From a virus (Duplodnaviria; Caudoviricetes): a stretch of 64,000 bases of DNA. Below are positions 54,420 through 63,600 of the stretch, piece by piece (the first letter of the stretch is position 1; each line of letters begins with the position of its first letter). A model generated the notes under the pieces. It was not told the origin of the DNA. It worked only from the letters and a program-made list of their open reading frames with translations, and did no database searches. The DNA lies in IMG/VR virus record IMGVR_UViG_3300045747_000167, positions 2,037-66,036 of that record; one strand, written 5' to 3'. The position numbers and the translations under genes are program-made.

Positions 54420-55957
54420 GCGGCCTGTTCGACACCACGCCGAACTACGGCTCGGCCAAGTTCCCTGAGCCGCGCATGGGTCAGGCTGAGGCGCACGAGG
54501 CGCTGCGCCAGGGTATCCGTGCGGGGCACCGGCGCCAGATGCTGATGAGCCCCACCGGCAGCGGCAAGACCTACCTGGGCATGCGTGTGATCCACGAGGC
54601 GCTGATCCGTGGCAAGCGCACGCTGTTCGTCTGCGACCGGCGCACCCTGATCAACCAGACCTCTGAGGTGGCCGACAAGTATGGCCTCAGCGCTCATGGC
54701 GTGATCATGGCGAACCACTGGCGGGTCGACCATGAGATGCCGTTCCAGATCGGATCGGTGCAGACGCTGATGCGGCGCGAGTGGAAGGATGACTTCGACG
54801 TCATCGTGATCGACGAGGCGCACACTGTGTACGGGTGGATCCAGACTCTGCTGGAGTCCACGCGCGCTGCGGTGATCGGCCTGTCGGCCACCCCGTTCTC
54901 GGTCGGCCTGGGCCGGCACTACACGCGGCTGGTCAATGCCGCCACCATGGCCCAGCTCACCGAGGCCGGTGTACTGGTGCCGATGCGGGTGCTGAGCTGC
55001 ACCAAGGTCAACATGCAAGGCGCTGCCACCAGCGGCGGCGAGTGGACCGATGGTGCGGCTGGCGAGCGCGGCATGGCCATCGTGGGCGATGTTGTCTCTG
55101 AGTGGCAGCGCTACGCAGAGAACCGCAAGACGATCGTGTTTGGATCGACCATCGCCCACTGCGAGGAGATGTGCAAGCAGTTCAACGAGGCCGGCGTGAT
55201 GGCCCAGCTGTTCACCTCGGAGACCACCGAGGATGAGCGCAACGCCATCGTCAAGGAGTTCAAGAAGCCTGACTCGGTGACCCGCGTGCTGATCAGCGTC
55301 GAGGCCCTGGCCAAGGGCTTCGATGTGCCCGACGTCGGCTGCGTGTGCGACGTCCGGCCGCTGCGCAAAAGCCTCAGCACGGCCATCCAGATGTGGGGCC
55401 GCGGACTGCGCTCCAGCCCTGAGACCGGCAAGAAGGACTGCCTGCTGCTGGACTTCAGCGGCAACATCGTGCGCTTCCGCGACGACTACGCTGAGATCTT
55501 CTTCAACGGGCTGGCCGACCTCGACACCGGCGAGCGCATGGACAAGTCGATCCGGCGCGAGGACGAGGACGAGAAGACTCCACCGAAGTGCCCGCAGTGC
55601 GGCTACTCGCCGATGGGCAAACGGTGTGTGGCGTGCGGCCACGAGCGGGTGCGTCTGGCCATGGTCGAGACGACTGCTGGCGAGATGAAGGAAATCTACA
55701 TCGGCAAGACCAAGCTGGCCGATGACCGCAAGCACCTCTATGAGCAGGTTGTCAGCTACACGCGCAGTCATGGCAACCCCGAGACCGCCAAGCAGAGGGC
55801 TTACTACCTGTTCAAGGAAATGAGCGGCACTGATCCGCTCGGCCTGAACTACGAACGGACCCCGAGCGTGCCGATCACGAAGCCGGTGCTGAACCGCATC
55901 AAGGCGAGGAATATCGCTTTCGTTCGCGGACAACAGAAGGCCAGGGCTACCGCATGA
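54416..55957 (+). CDS. SF2 DEAD/DEAH helicase with Zn finger
   Basis: PTGSGKT, DEAH, SATP, KGFDVP, QMWGRGLR, CPQC. Confidence 0.92.
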   Translation: MSGLFDTTPNYGSAKFPEPRMGQAEAHEALRQGIRAGHRRQMLMSPTGSGKTYLGMRVIHEALIRGKRTLFVCDRRTLINQTSEVADKYGLSAHGVIMANHWRVDHEMPFQIGSVQTLMRREWKDDFDVIVIDEAHTVYGWIQTLLESTRAAVIGLSATPFSVGLGRHYTRLVNAATMAQLTEAGVLVPMRVLSCTKVNMQGAATSGGEWTDGAAGERGMAIVGDVVSEWQRYAENRKTIVFGSTIAHCEEMCKQFNEAGVMAQLFTSETTEDERNAIVKEFKKPDSVTRVLISVEALAKGFDVPDVGCVCDVRPLRKSLSTAIQMWGRGLRSSPETGKKDCLLLDFSGNIVRFRDDYAEIFFNGLADLDTGERMDKSIRREDEDEKTPPKCPQCGYSPMGKRCVACGHERVRLAMVETTAGEMKEIYIGKTKLADDRKHLYEQVVSYTRSHGNPETAKQRAYYLFKEMSGTDPLGLNYERTPSVPITKPVLNRIKARNIAFVRGQQKARATA

Positions 55958-56880
55958 GCGCTGCCGAGTTCATCGACTTCGCGCGGGTCAACGGTGTCGT
56001 CATCGACAAGCTGGTGGACGATGACAAGCTGCACCGCGTGCCCACCACAGAGCACCCCCGCAGCAGGTCGGGCGCCTACCGCTGGGATGGCACCAGCGGC
56101 TTCGTATGGAATTGGGAGGCCGAGGGCATATGCCAGGTCTTCCGCGACCCGCATGCGAAGCCGCGCAGCCTGGCAGACCAGCAGCGCGCTGCCAGGCGCA
56201 GGGAGAACTTCCAGCAGGAGCGTGAACACAACGCCGAGCGCGCCGCTGCTAAGGCACAGGCCATGCTGGCATCGGCCACAGTCGACACGCACGGCTATCT
56301 TGAACTGAAGGGCTTGGGCGACATCAAGGGACTCGTGCTGCCTGACGGCGAGCTGATGATCCCGATGATCGGCCTGCACTCCCGGCGCATCGTCGGCGCG
56401 CAGACCATCAAGTGGCTGGCCGACGTCCGCAAGTGGGAGAAGAAGTACCTCTTCGGGATGAACGCCAAGGGCGCCGTGGCACGCCTGGGTCCGGCGCGGC
56501 CGCCCGAGCTGTTCCTGTGCGAGGGCTGGGCGACCGGCTTGAGTATCGAGATGGCCCTGCACCGCATGCGCCTCAACGCTGGCGTGCTGGTGACCTTCTC
56601 TGCAGCCAACCTGCAGTGGTGCGCGCAGCACACGGTCGGGCGCCGCATCGTGATCGCAGACCACGACGCACCGCAGCGCGACCCCGAGAAGGCGAAGCAC
56701 AACCCGGGCTGCACTGGGCAGCTTGCGGCGGCCTCTACGGGGCTGCCGTGGGTGTGCCCAAACGAGGAAGGCTGGGACGCAAATGACGTCCACAAGAGCC
56801 GCAGCCTGACCCACCTGTGCGCCATGTTGATGACGGCCCGGGCGGCCGAGCCAGCGCCGTTCGTGGTGCCGCCCTTGTAG
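55954..56880 (+). CDS. Toprim-domain primase
   Basis: YL..KG, CEGWATG, IADHD, DAND. Confidence 0.85.
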   Translation: MSAAEFIDFARVNGVVIDKLVDDDKLHRVPTTEHPRSRSGAYRWDGTSGFVWNWEAEGICQVFRDPHAKPRSLADQQRAARRRENFQQEREHNAERAAAKAQAMLASATVDTHGYLELKGLGDIKGLVLPDGELMIPMIGLHSRRIVGAQTIKWLADVRKWEKKYLFGMNAKGAVARLGPARPPELFLCEGWATGLSIEMALHRMRLNAGVLVTFSAANLQWCAQHTVGRRIVIADHDAPQRDPEKAKHNPGCTGQLAAASTGLPWVCPNEEGWDANDVHKSRSLTHLCAMLMTARAAEPAPFVVPPL

Positions 56881-57128
56881 GGTCGATCTCGATGCCTCAG
56901 GTGGACGCCTATGCACCAGCGCCTGAGACACGACACCCCTACTGGGCGGGCAGACGCGGAGGCAGGGGAGGTGGGTGGCGAAGGCAGCGCCCCAGCGTCG
57001 AACGGCTACCGGGTCATGGACGCCGACGGGTGACATGTGAAGGCAGATCTCGGAGGGCTAGGTCTGCCTTCCTCGGGGTGATAGAGGTTGTAGGTCTTCC
57101 AGAGAGTGCATTGATCAAAGGAGTAGGT

Positions 57129-57599
57129 ATGGCAAGTGTGGTGGTAGTCAAAGGTGAAGACGGCAAGCTGACCGGCCTGGGCGAAAAGGCTGGCAAGGCC
57201 TGGGGTGCGTTCATGCGCTGGGTGGCCGACATGGCCCCTGGCGACACGCTGCAGTTCGAGTGGAACAAGCCGCGCAGCCTGCAGCACCACCGGCACTTCT
57301 TCGCGATGCTGCACGCCCTGCTGGACCGGCAGGAGCAGTTCGAGTCGATGGACCAGCTCCGCATGTGGCTGACCGTCGGCGCCGGCCACGCCGCATTCGT
57401 GCCGGGCCCTGACGGCGCCATGGTGGCGCTGCCGGACAGCATCGCATTCCACCGCCTGGACGAGGTTGAGTTCAGCGCATTCCGTGCTGCCGTGGAGCGG
57501 TTCCTGTGGACCCCTCACGCGCAGGCTTTCATGTGGCCGCACTTGGGCCGCGCACAACGATACGCAGCGGTCGAGAGCCTGCTGGGAGAGTTTCGATGA
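57129..57599 (+). CDS. DUF1367 family protein
   Basis: PRS..HHR.FFA.L, R.WL...AG, P.SIAF..LDE.EF. Confidence 0.75.
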   Translation: MASVVVVKGEDGKLTGLGEKAGKAWGAFMRWVADMAPGDTLQFEWNKPRSLQHHRHFFAMLHALLDRQEQFESMDQLRMWLTVGAGHAAFVPGPDGAMVALPDSIAFHRLDEVEFSAFRAAVERFLWTPHAQAFMWPHLGRAQRYAAVESLLGEFR

Positions 57600-57943
57600 A
57601 CCGCAATCCGCTGGCCATGTTCAGGTCCAAGGGCAGGCTGAAGCCCGGGGTCATGAACAAGACCGAGACCGAGTACAGCCAGATGCTGGACGCGCGGCTG
57701 CATGCAGGCGAGATCCTCTGGTGGTGCTTCGAACCTTTCAAGATCCGGCTGGCTGACCGCTCGTTCTACGACGTCGACTTCGGCGTGCTGACGGCCGACC
57801 GAGACCTGCAGATCCATGAGGTCAAGGGCGGCTACATCACAGAGGACGGCAGGCTGAAGCTGAAGATCGCCGCGGAGCATTTCCCGGCGCAGTTCATCCT
57901 GGCCCAGAAGGTCAAGAAGCAATGGGAGATCACCGAGCTATGA
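57596..57943 (+). CDS. PD-(D/E)XK nuclease, DUF1064-like (possible resolvase)
   Basis: MNKTE..Y, Y..DF, HEVKG. Confidence 0.75.
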   Translation: MNRNPLAMFRSKGRLKPGVMNKTETEYSQMLDARLHAGEILWWCFEPFKIRLADRSFYDVDFGVLTADRDLQIHEVKGGYITEDGRLKLKIAAEHFPAQFILAQKVKKQWEITEL

Positions 57944-58167
57944 GCGCAGACCTTCGCACCGGCAAGGATCTCCTGTGCCGAACCATCCTGGCCCTGAAGA
58001 CCGGCCCGAAGACGGTGGAGGACATCGCCGTGCTGCTGGAGTCGGACCACACAGTGGCCGGTGACCAGCTCACTGTGCTGAAGCGCCATGGGCTCGTGAC
58101 ATCGCGCGTCAAGGTGGAGAGCGTGCGGCGCGGCCTGAAGCCTGCCGTCTACTCGCTGGCCCTATGA
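57940..58167 (+). CDS. small wHTH protein
   Basis: GPKTVEDIA...L..L...GLV. Confidence 0.6.
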   Translation: MSADLRTGKDLLCRTILALKTGPKTVEDIAVLLESDHTVAGDQLTVLKRHGLVTSRVKVESVRRGLKPAVYSLAL

Positions 58168-59153
58168 ACCGCACCACCCCGATGAAGCGCACCGGGTTCA
58201 AGCGCACACCGCGCCGGCCCGAGAAGCGCATGGACGACTACACGCCGAAGCCGCGCGAGACCGCAGTGGCCAGCGCCGCACCGGACAGCACCTTCGCGCC
58301 GCAGCCGAAGTTCGTTCATCTGCGCGACGAGCGCTTCCGCGACATGTGCCGCGACATGCGCTGCCAGCACTGTGGAGCCTGGGGCGCACATGCAGGCGTG
58401 ACCTGGGCGCATAGCAACCAGAGCAAACACGGCAAATCGATGTCCTGCAAGGCCAGCGATCAGTACGTGGCCGCGATGTGCTCGCTCTGCCATAGGGAGC
58501 TGGACCAAGGAAAGTTGTGGACCCAGGAGGAGAAGGTCGAGATCTGGGACGAAGCGCACAGGCGCACGGTCATGACGGCGCTCAGGAGGGGCACTTGGCC
58601 AAGCGGCGTGCCCGTACCCCTGGACGAGTACAGAAAACGCCAGGAACACCCTGTTCCGGCTGAACTGGAGGTGGTTGCGATGAGAGGACTTCGTGGTCGA
58701 CAACTGGTCGACAAGGACTACTACGACGTGCTGGCCAGGAACGATGGCTGGATGTCGGCCCAGGACGTATCGAGGCAGCTGGGCGTGTCGTGGTACATCT
58801 GCAGTTTCGGGCTGCGTCGGATGGTCGAAGGCGGGACGGTCGAGGAGGATGTGATTGACGTCGCCGGAGCGGCGCGCAGCGCAGAACACTCGCGTGTCTA
58901 TCGTGCGCGCCCACTGCCGGGCGAGTCGAGGCGGGTCGAGTCTGACCTGCCGGCGTGGATGGCACCTCAAGCAGTCGTGAACTGCGGGGTGGCCAGACGC
59001 ATCAATGGGACCGCAGGGATGCTGCGGTGGGAGCGCCAGGAATCGGACGATCAGTCCGACAGCCAGGGCGCCCCGGGCGGGCCGGAGAACGGCGCCGCGA
59101 GCACGACCGAGATGTCCTCCGGCTTGGTGCCGGTGGGTTCAGTCGAGGGGTAG
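58164..59153 (+). CDS. HNH-like Zn nuclease domain (DUF968/DUF1364-like) fused to wHTH
   Basis: CQHCG..AHSN...GK....KASD......C..CH..LD; internal GGAGG + ATG 58680. Confidence 0.65.
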   Translation: MNRTTPMKRTGFKRTPRRPEKRMDDYTPKPRETAVASAAPDSTFAPQPKFVHLRDERFRDMCRDMRCQHCGAWGAHAGVTWAHSNQSKHGKSMSCKASDQYVAAMCSLCHRELDQGKLWTQEEKVEIWDEAHRRTVMTALRRGTWPSGVPVPLDEYRKRQEHPVPAELEVVAMRGLRGRQLVDKDYYDVLARNDGWMSAQDVSRQLGVSWYICSFGLRRMVEGGTVEEDVIDVAGAARSAEHSRVYRARPLPGESRRVESDLPAWMAPQAVVNCGVARRINGTAGMLRWERQESDDQSDSQGAPGGPENGAASTTEMSSGLVPVGSVEG

Positions 59154-59326
59154 GAGCGAACGCCCAGCGCCAGGGCAGCGCAGGCGAGTTCCACGGTGCG
59201 CGGGATCGGGTACTTGCCCCGGACCCACGCGTACCACCCAGGCCTGGAGATGTCGAGCATCTCGCAGGCCTTGGTGACCGAGATGCCGAGGTGCTCACGC
59301 CAGCGAGTGAGTTGGGCGGGTGTCAA
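59051..59326 (-). CDS. XRE-like HTH protein
   Basis: AGGAGG + TTG; TP.QL..WR..LG.S...A..ML...G.YPIPRTVELACAAL. Confidence 0.7.
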   Translation of the reverse strand: MTPAQLTRWREHLGISVTKACEMLDISRPGWYAWVRGKYPIPRTVELACAALALGVRSYPSTEPTGTKPEDISVVLAAPFSGPPGAPWLSD

Positions 59327-59508
59327 TGCGGCACCTCCTTCAGCTCCTCGACAGGCTCGTCGCACTTGTCGCAGAAGTCGTAGCGTGAGCCGAAGTAGTA
59401 GAACAACTCGCCCTTGCTGTTCTCCCAGGCGAGGGCCGAGGTCACGCCCTGCTCGTGCTTGCACTCACGGCAGCGCATGCGCAGCGTGATGTTGGCGTGC
59501 TTGGTCAC
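59323..59508 (-). CDS. small Zn-ribbon protein
   Basis: CREC...CDKC; coupled. Confidence 0.55.
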   Translation of the reverse strand: MTKHANITLRMRCRECKHEQGVTSALAWENSKGELFYYFGSRYDFCDKCDEPVEELKEVPH

Positions 59509-59951
59509 GACGTGGCCTCGCTCTTCAGCGACTCCAGCGCGAGGATGTACTTCTCGGCCAGCCGCACCGCCTGGGCCGGCGGCAGCTTCTCCAGGCGCGC
59601 CGGATCCATGTTGTCCGCGATGTCTGCGCGCTTGATCAGCACGGCATCAGCCGACTGCTTCAGCCACCCCATGTAGATCGGGTACGGGTCTGTCCTGCGC
59701 TTCGTGAGCAGCAGCACCAGGGAGATGGCCGCCGCCGGCACGCCGCGCTTGAAGAGACCCTCGGCGGTCGTCTTCTCGTCCTCGATGCTGTCGTGCAGCA
59801 GCGCGGCGATGATCTGGCTGGCGTGGCCGCCGGCCTGGGCGACGCGCCATGCGACCCGCGTCAGGTGGCCGATGTACGGCTGGCCCGCCTTGTCGACTTG
59901 GCCGGCGTGCAACTGCTCGGCCAGGGTGTATGCCTCGTGGTAGTTCATCAT
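59505..59951 (-). CDS. HD-domain small alarmone hydrolase (Mesh1/SAH-like)
   Basis: AEQLHAGQVDKAGQPYIGH, AALLHDSIED, LLTK, IKRADIADN. Confidence 0.85.
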   Translation of the reverse strand: MMNYHEAYTLAEQLHAGQVDKAGQPYIGHLTRVAWRVAQAGGHASQIIAALLHDSIEDEKTTAEGLFKRGVPAAAISLVLLLTKRRTDPYPIYMGWLKQSADAVLIKRADIADNMDPARLEKLPPAQAVRLAEKYILALESLKSEATS

Positions 59952-59960
59952 GCGATCCTT

Positions 59961-60275
59961 TCAGAGCTGGATGCCGGCACGTTCGAACAGCGCTTCGACC
60001 TCGGCATCGATCAGCAACGCGGTGAGGCGCGCCGGGATCAGCGACGAGTCGAGCATGCGCAGCGCGCGCGCCAACTGGGTGTAGGTCGGCAGGCCGACGT
60101 TTTGGGCCCAGGCGTCGGCGATGGCGATCGCCTCACGCGAAGGCGACAACGCCGGCTTCGTCTGCTGCTTCTCGGACGGCTGCACCTTGCGGACGTAGTC
60201 GCCGAGCGTGACCTCGCCCAGCGTCTGCTGGCCTGGGGGGTTCGTGGTGGCCTTGTGGGGCGGAATGTGGAACAT
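59961..60275 (-). CDS. hypothetical protein
   Basis: GGAG RBS downstream of hairpin element. Confidence 0.6.
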   Translation of the reverse strand: MFHIPPHKATTNPPGQQTLGEVTLGDYVRKVQPSEKQQTKPALSPSREAIAIADAWAQNVGLPTYTQLARALRMLDSSLIPARLTALLIDAEVEALFERAGIQL

Positions 60276-60347
60276 CTCAATCTCCGGGTTAGGTGGGTCG
60301 GGATGACGCCACTCCCGAGCACCGCACGCGGTGCAAGGGGCTGAGGT

Positions 60348-60587
60348 CTAGCCGCGATGCGCGAGACGGTTGCGCAGCACGTTGCGGCGCTTCAGGGCGG
60401 CGCGCTTCGTGCGGGCATAGCTGCCCTTGTTGCGGGTGCTGCCGTGGGTGGCAGCGGGCGCACTGGTCTTGGCCGGCTTGAGGGCCGGAGAGGCCACTGC
60501 GGTGACGGCCGAGGAGGCCAGGGCGATGCCGACGGCCAGCAGCGCACGGATGCGGGTGAGGCCGATGTCGAGGTGACTGCGTTGCAT
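60348..60587 (-). CDS. small basic protein with hydrophobic N-region
   Basis: AAGGAG RBS; KRAALKRRN tail. Confidence 0.6.
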   Translation of the reverse strand: MQRSHLDIGLTRIRALLAVGIALASSAVTAVASPALKPAKTSAPAATHGSTRNKGSYARTKRAALKRRNVLRNRLAHRG

Positions 60588-60661
60588 GCTGCAACTCCTT
60601 CGTGATGTGTCGTCGGGATGACTCCACTCCAAGGCGCACCGAGATGCGCGATGGGCTGGGG

Positions 60662-61468
60662 TCAGGGCTTCGCCGGCAGGCGCCCGTGGGCGCGCGCGAT
60701 ACCCAGGATCAGTTCCTTGTGGGCGCGCCAGAAGCGCAGCGCCTCGCGACCGTCCATCGCAGCGATGGCGGCGTCGTCAAAGGCCTCCCATTCAGCAAGC
60801 GCGTGGTCTTGGCAGCCGATGGAAATCTGCGTGTCGGTGATCGTCACGTCCCAGGTCAGGCCGCCGATGAAGATGGGGGTCTTTGATGCGTTGCCGTAGA
60901 CCCAGGCGTTGCCGTAGACCCGGGCGTTGCCGAAGACCCGGGCGTTGCCGTAGACCTGGGCGTTGCCGAAGACCTGGGCGTCGCCGTAGACCTGGGCGTT
61001 GCCGAAGACCCGGGCGTTGCCGTAGACCTGGGCGTTGCCGAAGACCCAGGCGTTGCCGTAGACCCAGGCGTTGCCGAAGACCCGGGCGTTGCCGTAGACC
61101 TGGGCGTCGCCGTAGACCTGGGCGTTGCCGAAGACCCGGGCGTTGCCGAAGACCCGGGCGTTGCCGTAGACCCGGGCGTCGCCGAAGACCTGGGCGTCGC
61201 CGTAGACCTGGGCGTTGTCGTAGACCTGGGCGTCGCCGTAGACCTGGGCGTTGCCGTAGACCTGGGCGTCGCCGTAGACCCAGGCGTTGCCGTAGACCCA
61301 GGCGTTGCCGTAGACCGACAGGCTGGCCTCAGCCTCGACATAGCCGCCAATGTCTCCCGCTGCGACGTGCAAGGCCGCGATAGCAACCAGTGCTCGGATG
61401 CGCTTGACCGTGCGCCCTGGCGCGATGGTGATCTCGTCGCCGGGCACGAATTCGTACTTGGTGTTCAC
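60662..61468 (-). CDS. hexapeptide-repeat (beta-helix) protein
   Basis: AGGAG + GTG; RIRAL...GD.GG.VE...L, then 24 V(Y/F)G(N/D)A(W/Q/R) repeats. Confidence 0.85.
   Translation of the reverse strand: MNTKYEFVPGDEITIAPGRTVKRIRALVAIAALHVAAGDIGGYVEAEASLSVYGNAWVYGNAWVYGDAQVYGNAQVYGDAQVYDNAQVYGDAQVFGDARVYGNARVFGNARVFGNAQVYGDAQVYGNARVFGNAWVYGNAWVFGNAQVYGNARVFGNAQVYGDAQVFGNAQVYGNARVFGNARVYGNAWVYGNASKTPIFIGGLTWDVTITDTQISIGCQDHALAEWEAFDDAAIAAMDGREALRFWRAHKELILGIARAHGRLPAKP
60884..61315 (-). repeat. 18-bp coding tandem repeat, 24 units
   Basis: GTC T(A/T)C GGC (A/G)AC GCC (T/C)(G/A)G units. Confidence 0.95.
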
Positions 61469-61540
61469 TTGGTTCTCCTGAGAAGGTGTCGTCGGGATGA
61501 CGCCACTCGCAAGCCCACCGAGGTGGGCAAGCGGCTGGGG

Positions 61541-61813
61541 TCACTCTTCGATGTAGGTCTCTTCGACTTGCACGTAGAACATGCAGCTACCGTCGCCGGC
61601 ACCGAAGGACGAGAACGCGCCCTGCTGCGCCTCGGTGAACTCGGCCAGCACGTTGTCGATCTCATCGGCCACGCGCGAGTCGTTGCGGTACTCGCTGATC
61701 ACTTCGAGGGCGGCCTTGACTGCGCCGTCGCGGGACTGGAAGACGCGCGGCGATGCGGTCGGGCTGGACGCTTCGCCGGTCTCGCTCAAGACCCAGACGT
61801 TGTTGTCGGACAT
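61541..61813 (-). CDS. acidic hypothetical protein
   Basis: AGGAG RBS between two hairpin elements. Confidence 0.65.
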   Translation of the reverse strand: MSDNNVWVLSETGEASSPTASPRVFQSRDGAVKAALEVISEYRNDSRVADEIDNVLAEFTEAQQGAFSSFGAGDGSCMFYVQVEETYIEE

Positions 61814-61884
61814 GGTTGCTCCTGGTTGCGTGAGATCGGAATGACCGCACTCCAAAGGCCCGCACGCGGGCCGATGGGCTGGGG

Positions 61885-62832
61885 TCAGAAGAATCGGTTG
61901 GCGCAGATCGGCCCGATGCCGTTCGCCACGGACACCGGGTCGGTCAGTTCGCGGTTGCAGATGCAGCACGAGCCGGTGCGCAGCCCATAGGCCTTGCTGG
62001 CCGCCTCGGGGTCAGCCATCAACTCGATGACCTGGGCGCGGACCTCTGCAGTGCAGTCCCTGCTGTTGAGGAACTTGCCCTGGAAGATCTTGCCCAGGTA
62101 CACGTCGTTGTCGCTCTTGACGTACAGCGCGCCAGCGTTCGCGCTGTTGGGGCCAGCCATCGAGATGACGTACCCATCGAAGTGCAGCTTCGGCCACTTC
62201 AGGCCACTGGCCTTGGCCTTCTCGAAGGCTGCGAACAGCCGCTCGGTCTGGATGGCAGGCGCGGCGTCGACCTTGGCCTGTTGCACCAGGGCAGCGGCGG
62301 CCTTCTCGGCTTCGAACACCTTGTCGCGCTCCATGCAGCGCTGGCAGGCAGCGAGCTGGCCCGGGGTCAGCGTGCCGTGGTCATCGAGGGCCACTGCCAT
62401 GCTGCCCGCGAAGTCGAACCGGTGCGCCGTGCGCTGGATCCAGTCGTGGACTTCGGCATGCTCGGCCAGAAACGCCGCACGCAGCGCCTGGGTGGCCGAT
62501 GCCTTGCGGTTCTGCACCGCAGCGCGCGCCTTGGTGCGGTCCTCGGTTGAGGTCTTGAAGGTCTTGAAGCCGGCGCCCTTGCATGCGAAGCAAGAGCCCA
62601 GCGAGCGACCGTAGAAGGAGTTGAAGCGCCCGGTGCCCTTGCACTTGGCGCACGGCTCCTTGAACTCGCTCGGCGTGGCCGGCGGCGTCACGAAGCGCTG
62701 AGCGGCAACCCGCTCGGTGGTCACGGTGGCCGGCGCATCGGCGTCGAAGTCGATGTCGTTGGCCATGCTGGCCCAGCCCTCGTCATCCTCACGGACGCGA
62801 GCGCCGCCGACACCCCTGTAGGGAAGGTTCAT
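61885..62832 (-). CDS. Zn-finger + DUF6011-like protein
   Basis: C..C.G.G...C..C.G.G; C-terminal CCICNRELTDPVSVANGIGPICA. Confidence 0.78.
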   Translation of the reverse strand: MNLPYRGVGGARVREDDEGWASMANDIDFDADAPATVTTERVAAQRFVTPPATPSEFKEPCAKCKGTGRFNSFYGRSLGSCFACKGAGFKTFKTSTEDRTKARAAVQNRKASATQALRAAFLAEHAEVHDWIQRTAHRFDFAGSMAVALDDHGTLTPGQLAACQRCMERDKVFEAEKAAAALVQQAKVDAAPAIQTERLFAAFEKAKASGLKWPKLHFDGYVISMAGPNSANAGALYVKSDNDVYLGKIFQGKFLNSRDCTAEVRAQVIELMADPEAASKAYGLRTGSCCICNRELTDPVSVANGIGPICANRFF

Positions 62833-62901
62833 GGTGGTCTCCGGTGAATGTGCGGGGATCGCACTCCAGACCCCTGCACGCAGGGGAATGGGCTGAGATC
62901 A

Positions 62902-63315
62902 CTACTCCTCGTTGAACCCGCGCAGCCAGTGCGCGTGCAACCACGACGCGACCGGGTATGGGTTCGAGCCGATCAAGTGGCCTCGATAGGCCGCCTGATC
63001 GCCTTCCTGCCATGCAGCTTGGCGCGCCGCTGCGCGCGCCTTTGGGACGTCGGTGAATGCCTCGCCGGAGGCCTCGCGCGCAGCCAGCTTGTCGGCGCAG
63101 CGCGAGCACTCTTCGTCGATGAACAGGTCCATGCCCCAACCATGGCGAGGCGAGAGCCCGCAGAGCGCGTTGCCGCGCTTCAGCGGTTCCCCGTCTTCGC
63201 TCACCGGCACGGCGTGCAGGCGCCAGCCAACCTGCCCGGCGTCTGCGCCGTGCGTGTGTGCCGGCTTGTATGGGTTCGGCAGCGTGGTGAACCACCCGAT
63301 GCTGGTGCTATTCAT
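62902..63315 (-). CDS. hypothetical protein with C-terminal Rmf-like motif
   Basis: AWQEG..A..G....NPY.......WLRGF. Confidence 0.55.
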   Translation of the reverse strand: MNSTSIGWFTTLPNPYKPAHTHGADAGQVGWRLHAVPVSEDGEPLKRGNALCGLSPRHGWGMDLFIDEECSRCADKLAAREASGEAFTDVPKARAAARQAAWQEGDQAAYRGHLIGSNPYPVASWLHAHWLRGFNEE

Positions 63316-63535
63316 CGCAGTCGCGCTCCAGGCCCGCCATGTCAACCGCGTCGCGAACGACCTGCGTCTGGGGGCCACGCGGGAAACCTTCGGTGCTGGG
63401 GTAGTCGTGGATGCCGATGCTTGCGAGGTAGCGGCGCAGCTCGCGCGCCGCGCCCCGGATCACGCGCCGCCGGTGGCCTGGGTGGCACTGGTTGGCGCGG
63501 TCGATGAGGCGCTGCTGCGCCTGGGTGAGTGTCAT
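63308..63535 (-). CDS. hypothetical protein
   Basis: AGGAG RBS after hairpin element. Confidence 0.6.
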   Translation of the reverse strand: MTLTQAQQRLIDRANQCHPGHRRRVIRGAARELRRYLASIGIHDYPSTEGFPRGPQTQVVRDAVDMAGLERDCDE

Positions 63536-63600
63536 TGGGTTCTCCTGTGCAGTGCAGATCGCACTCGCGAGCCCTGGCGAACCAGGGCAGGCGGCTGAGA

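Noticed and set aside
60884-61315. CRISPR-like short repeat array
   Set aside because: Contiguous 18-bp units without spacers, in frame within a protein
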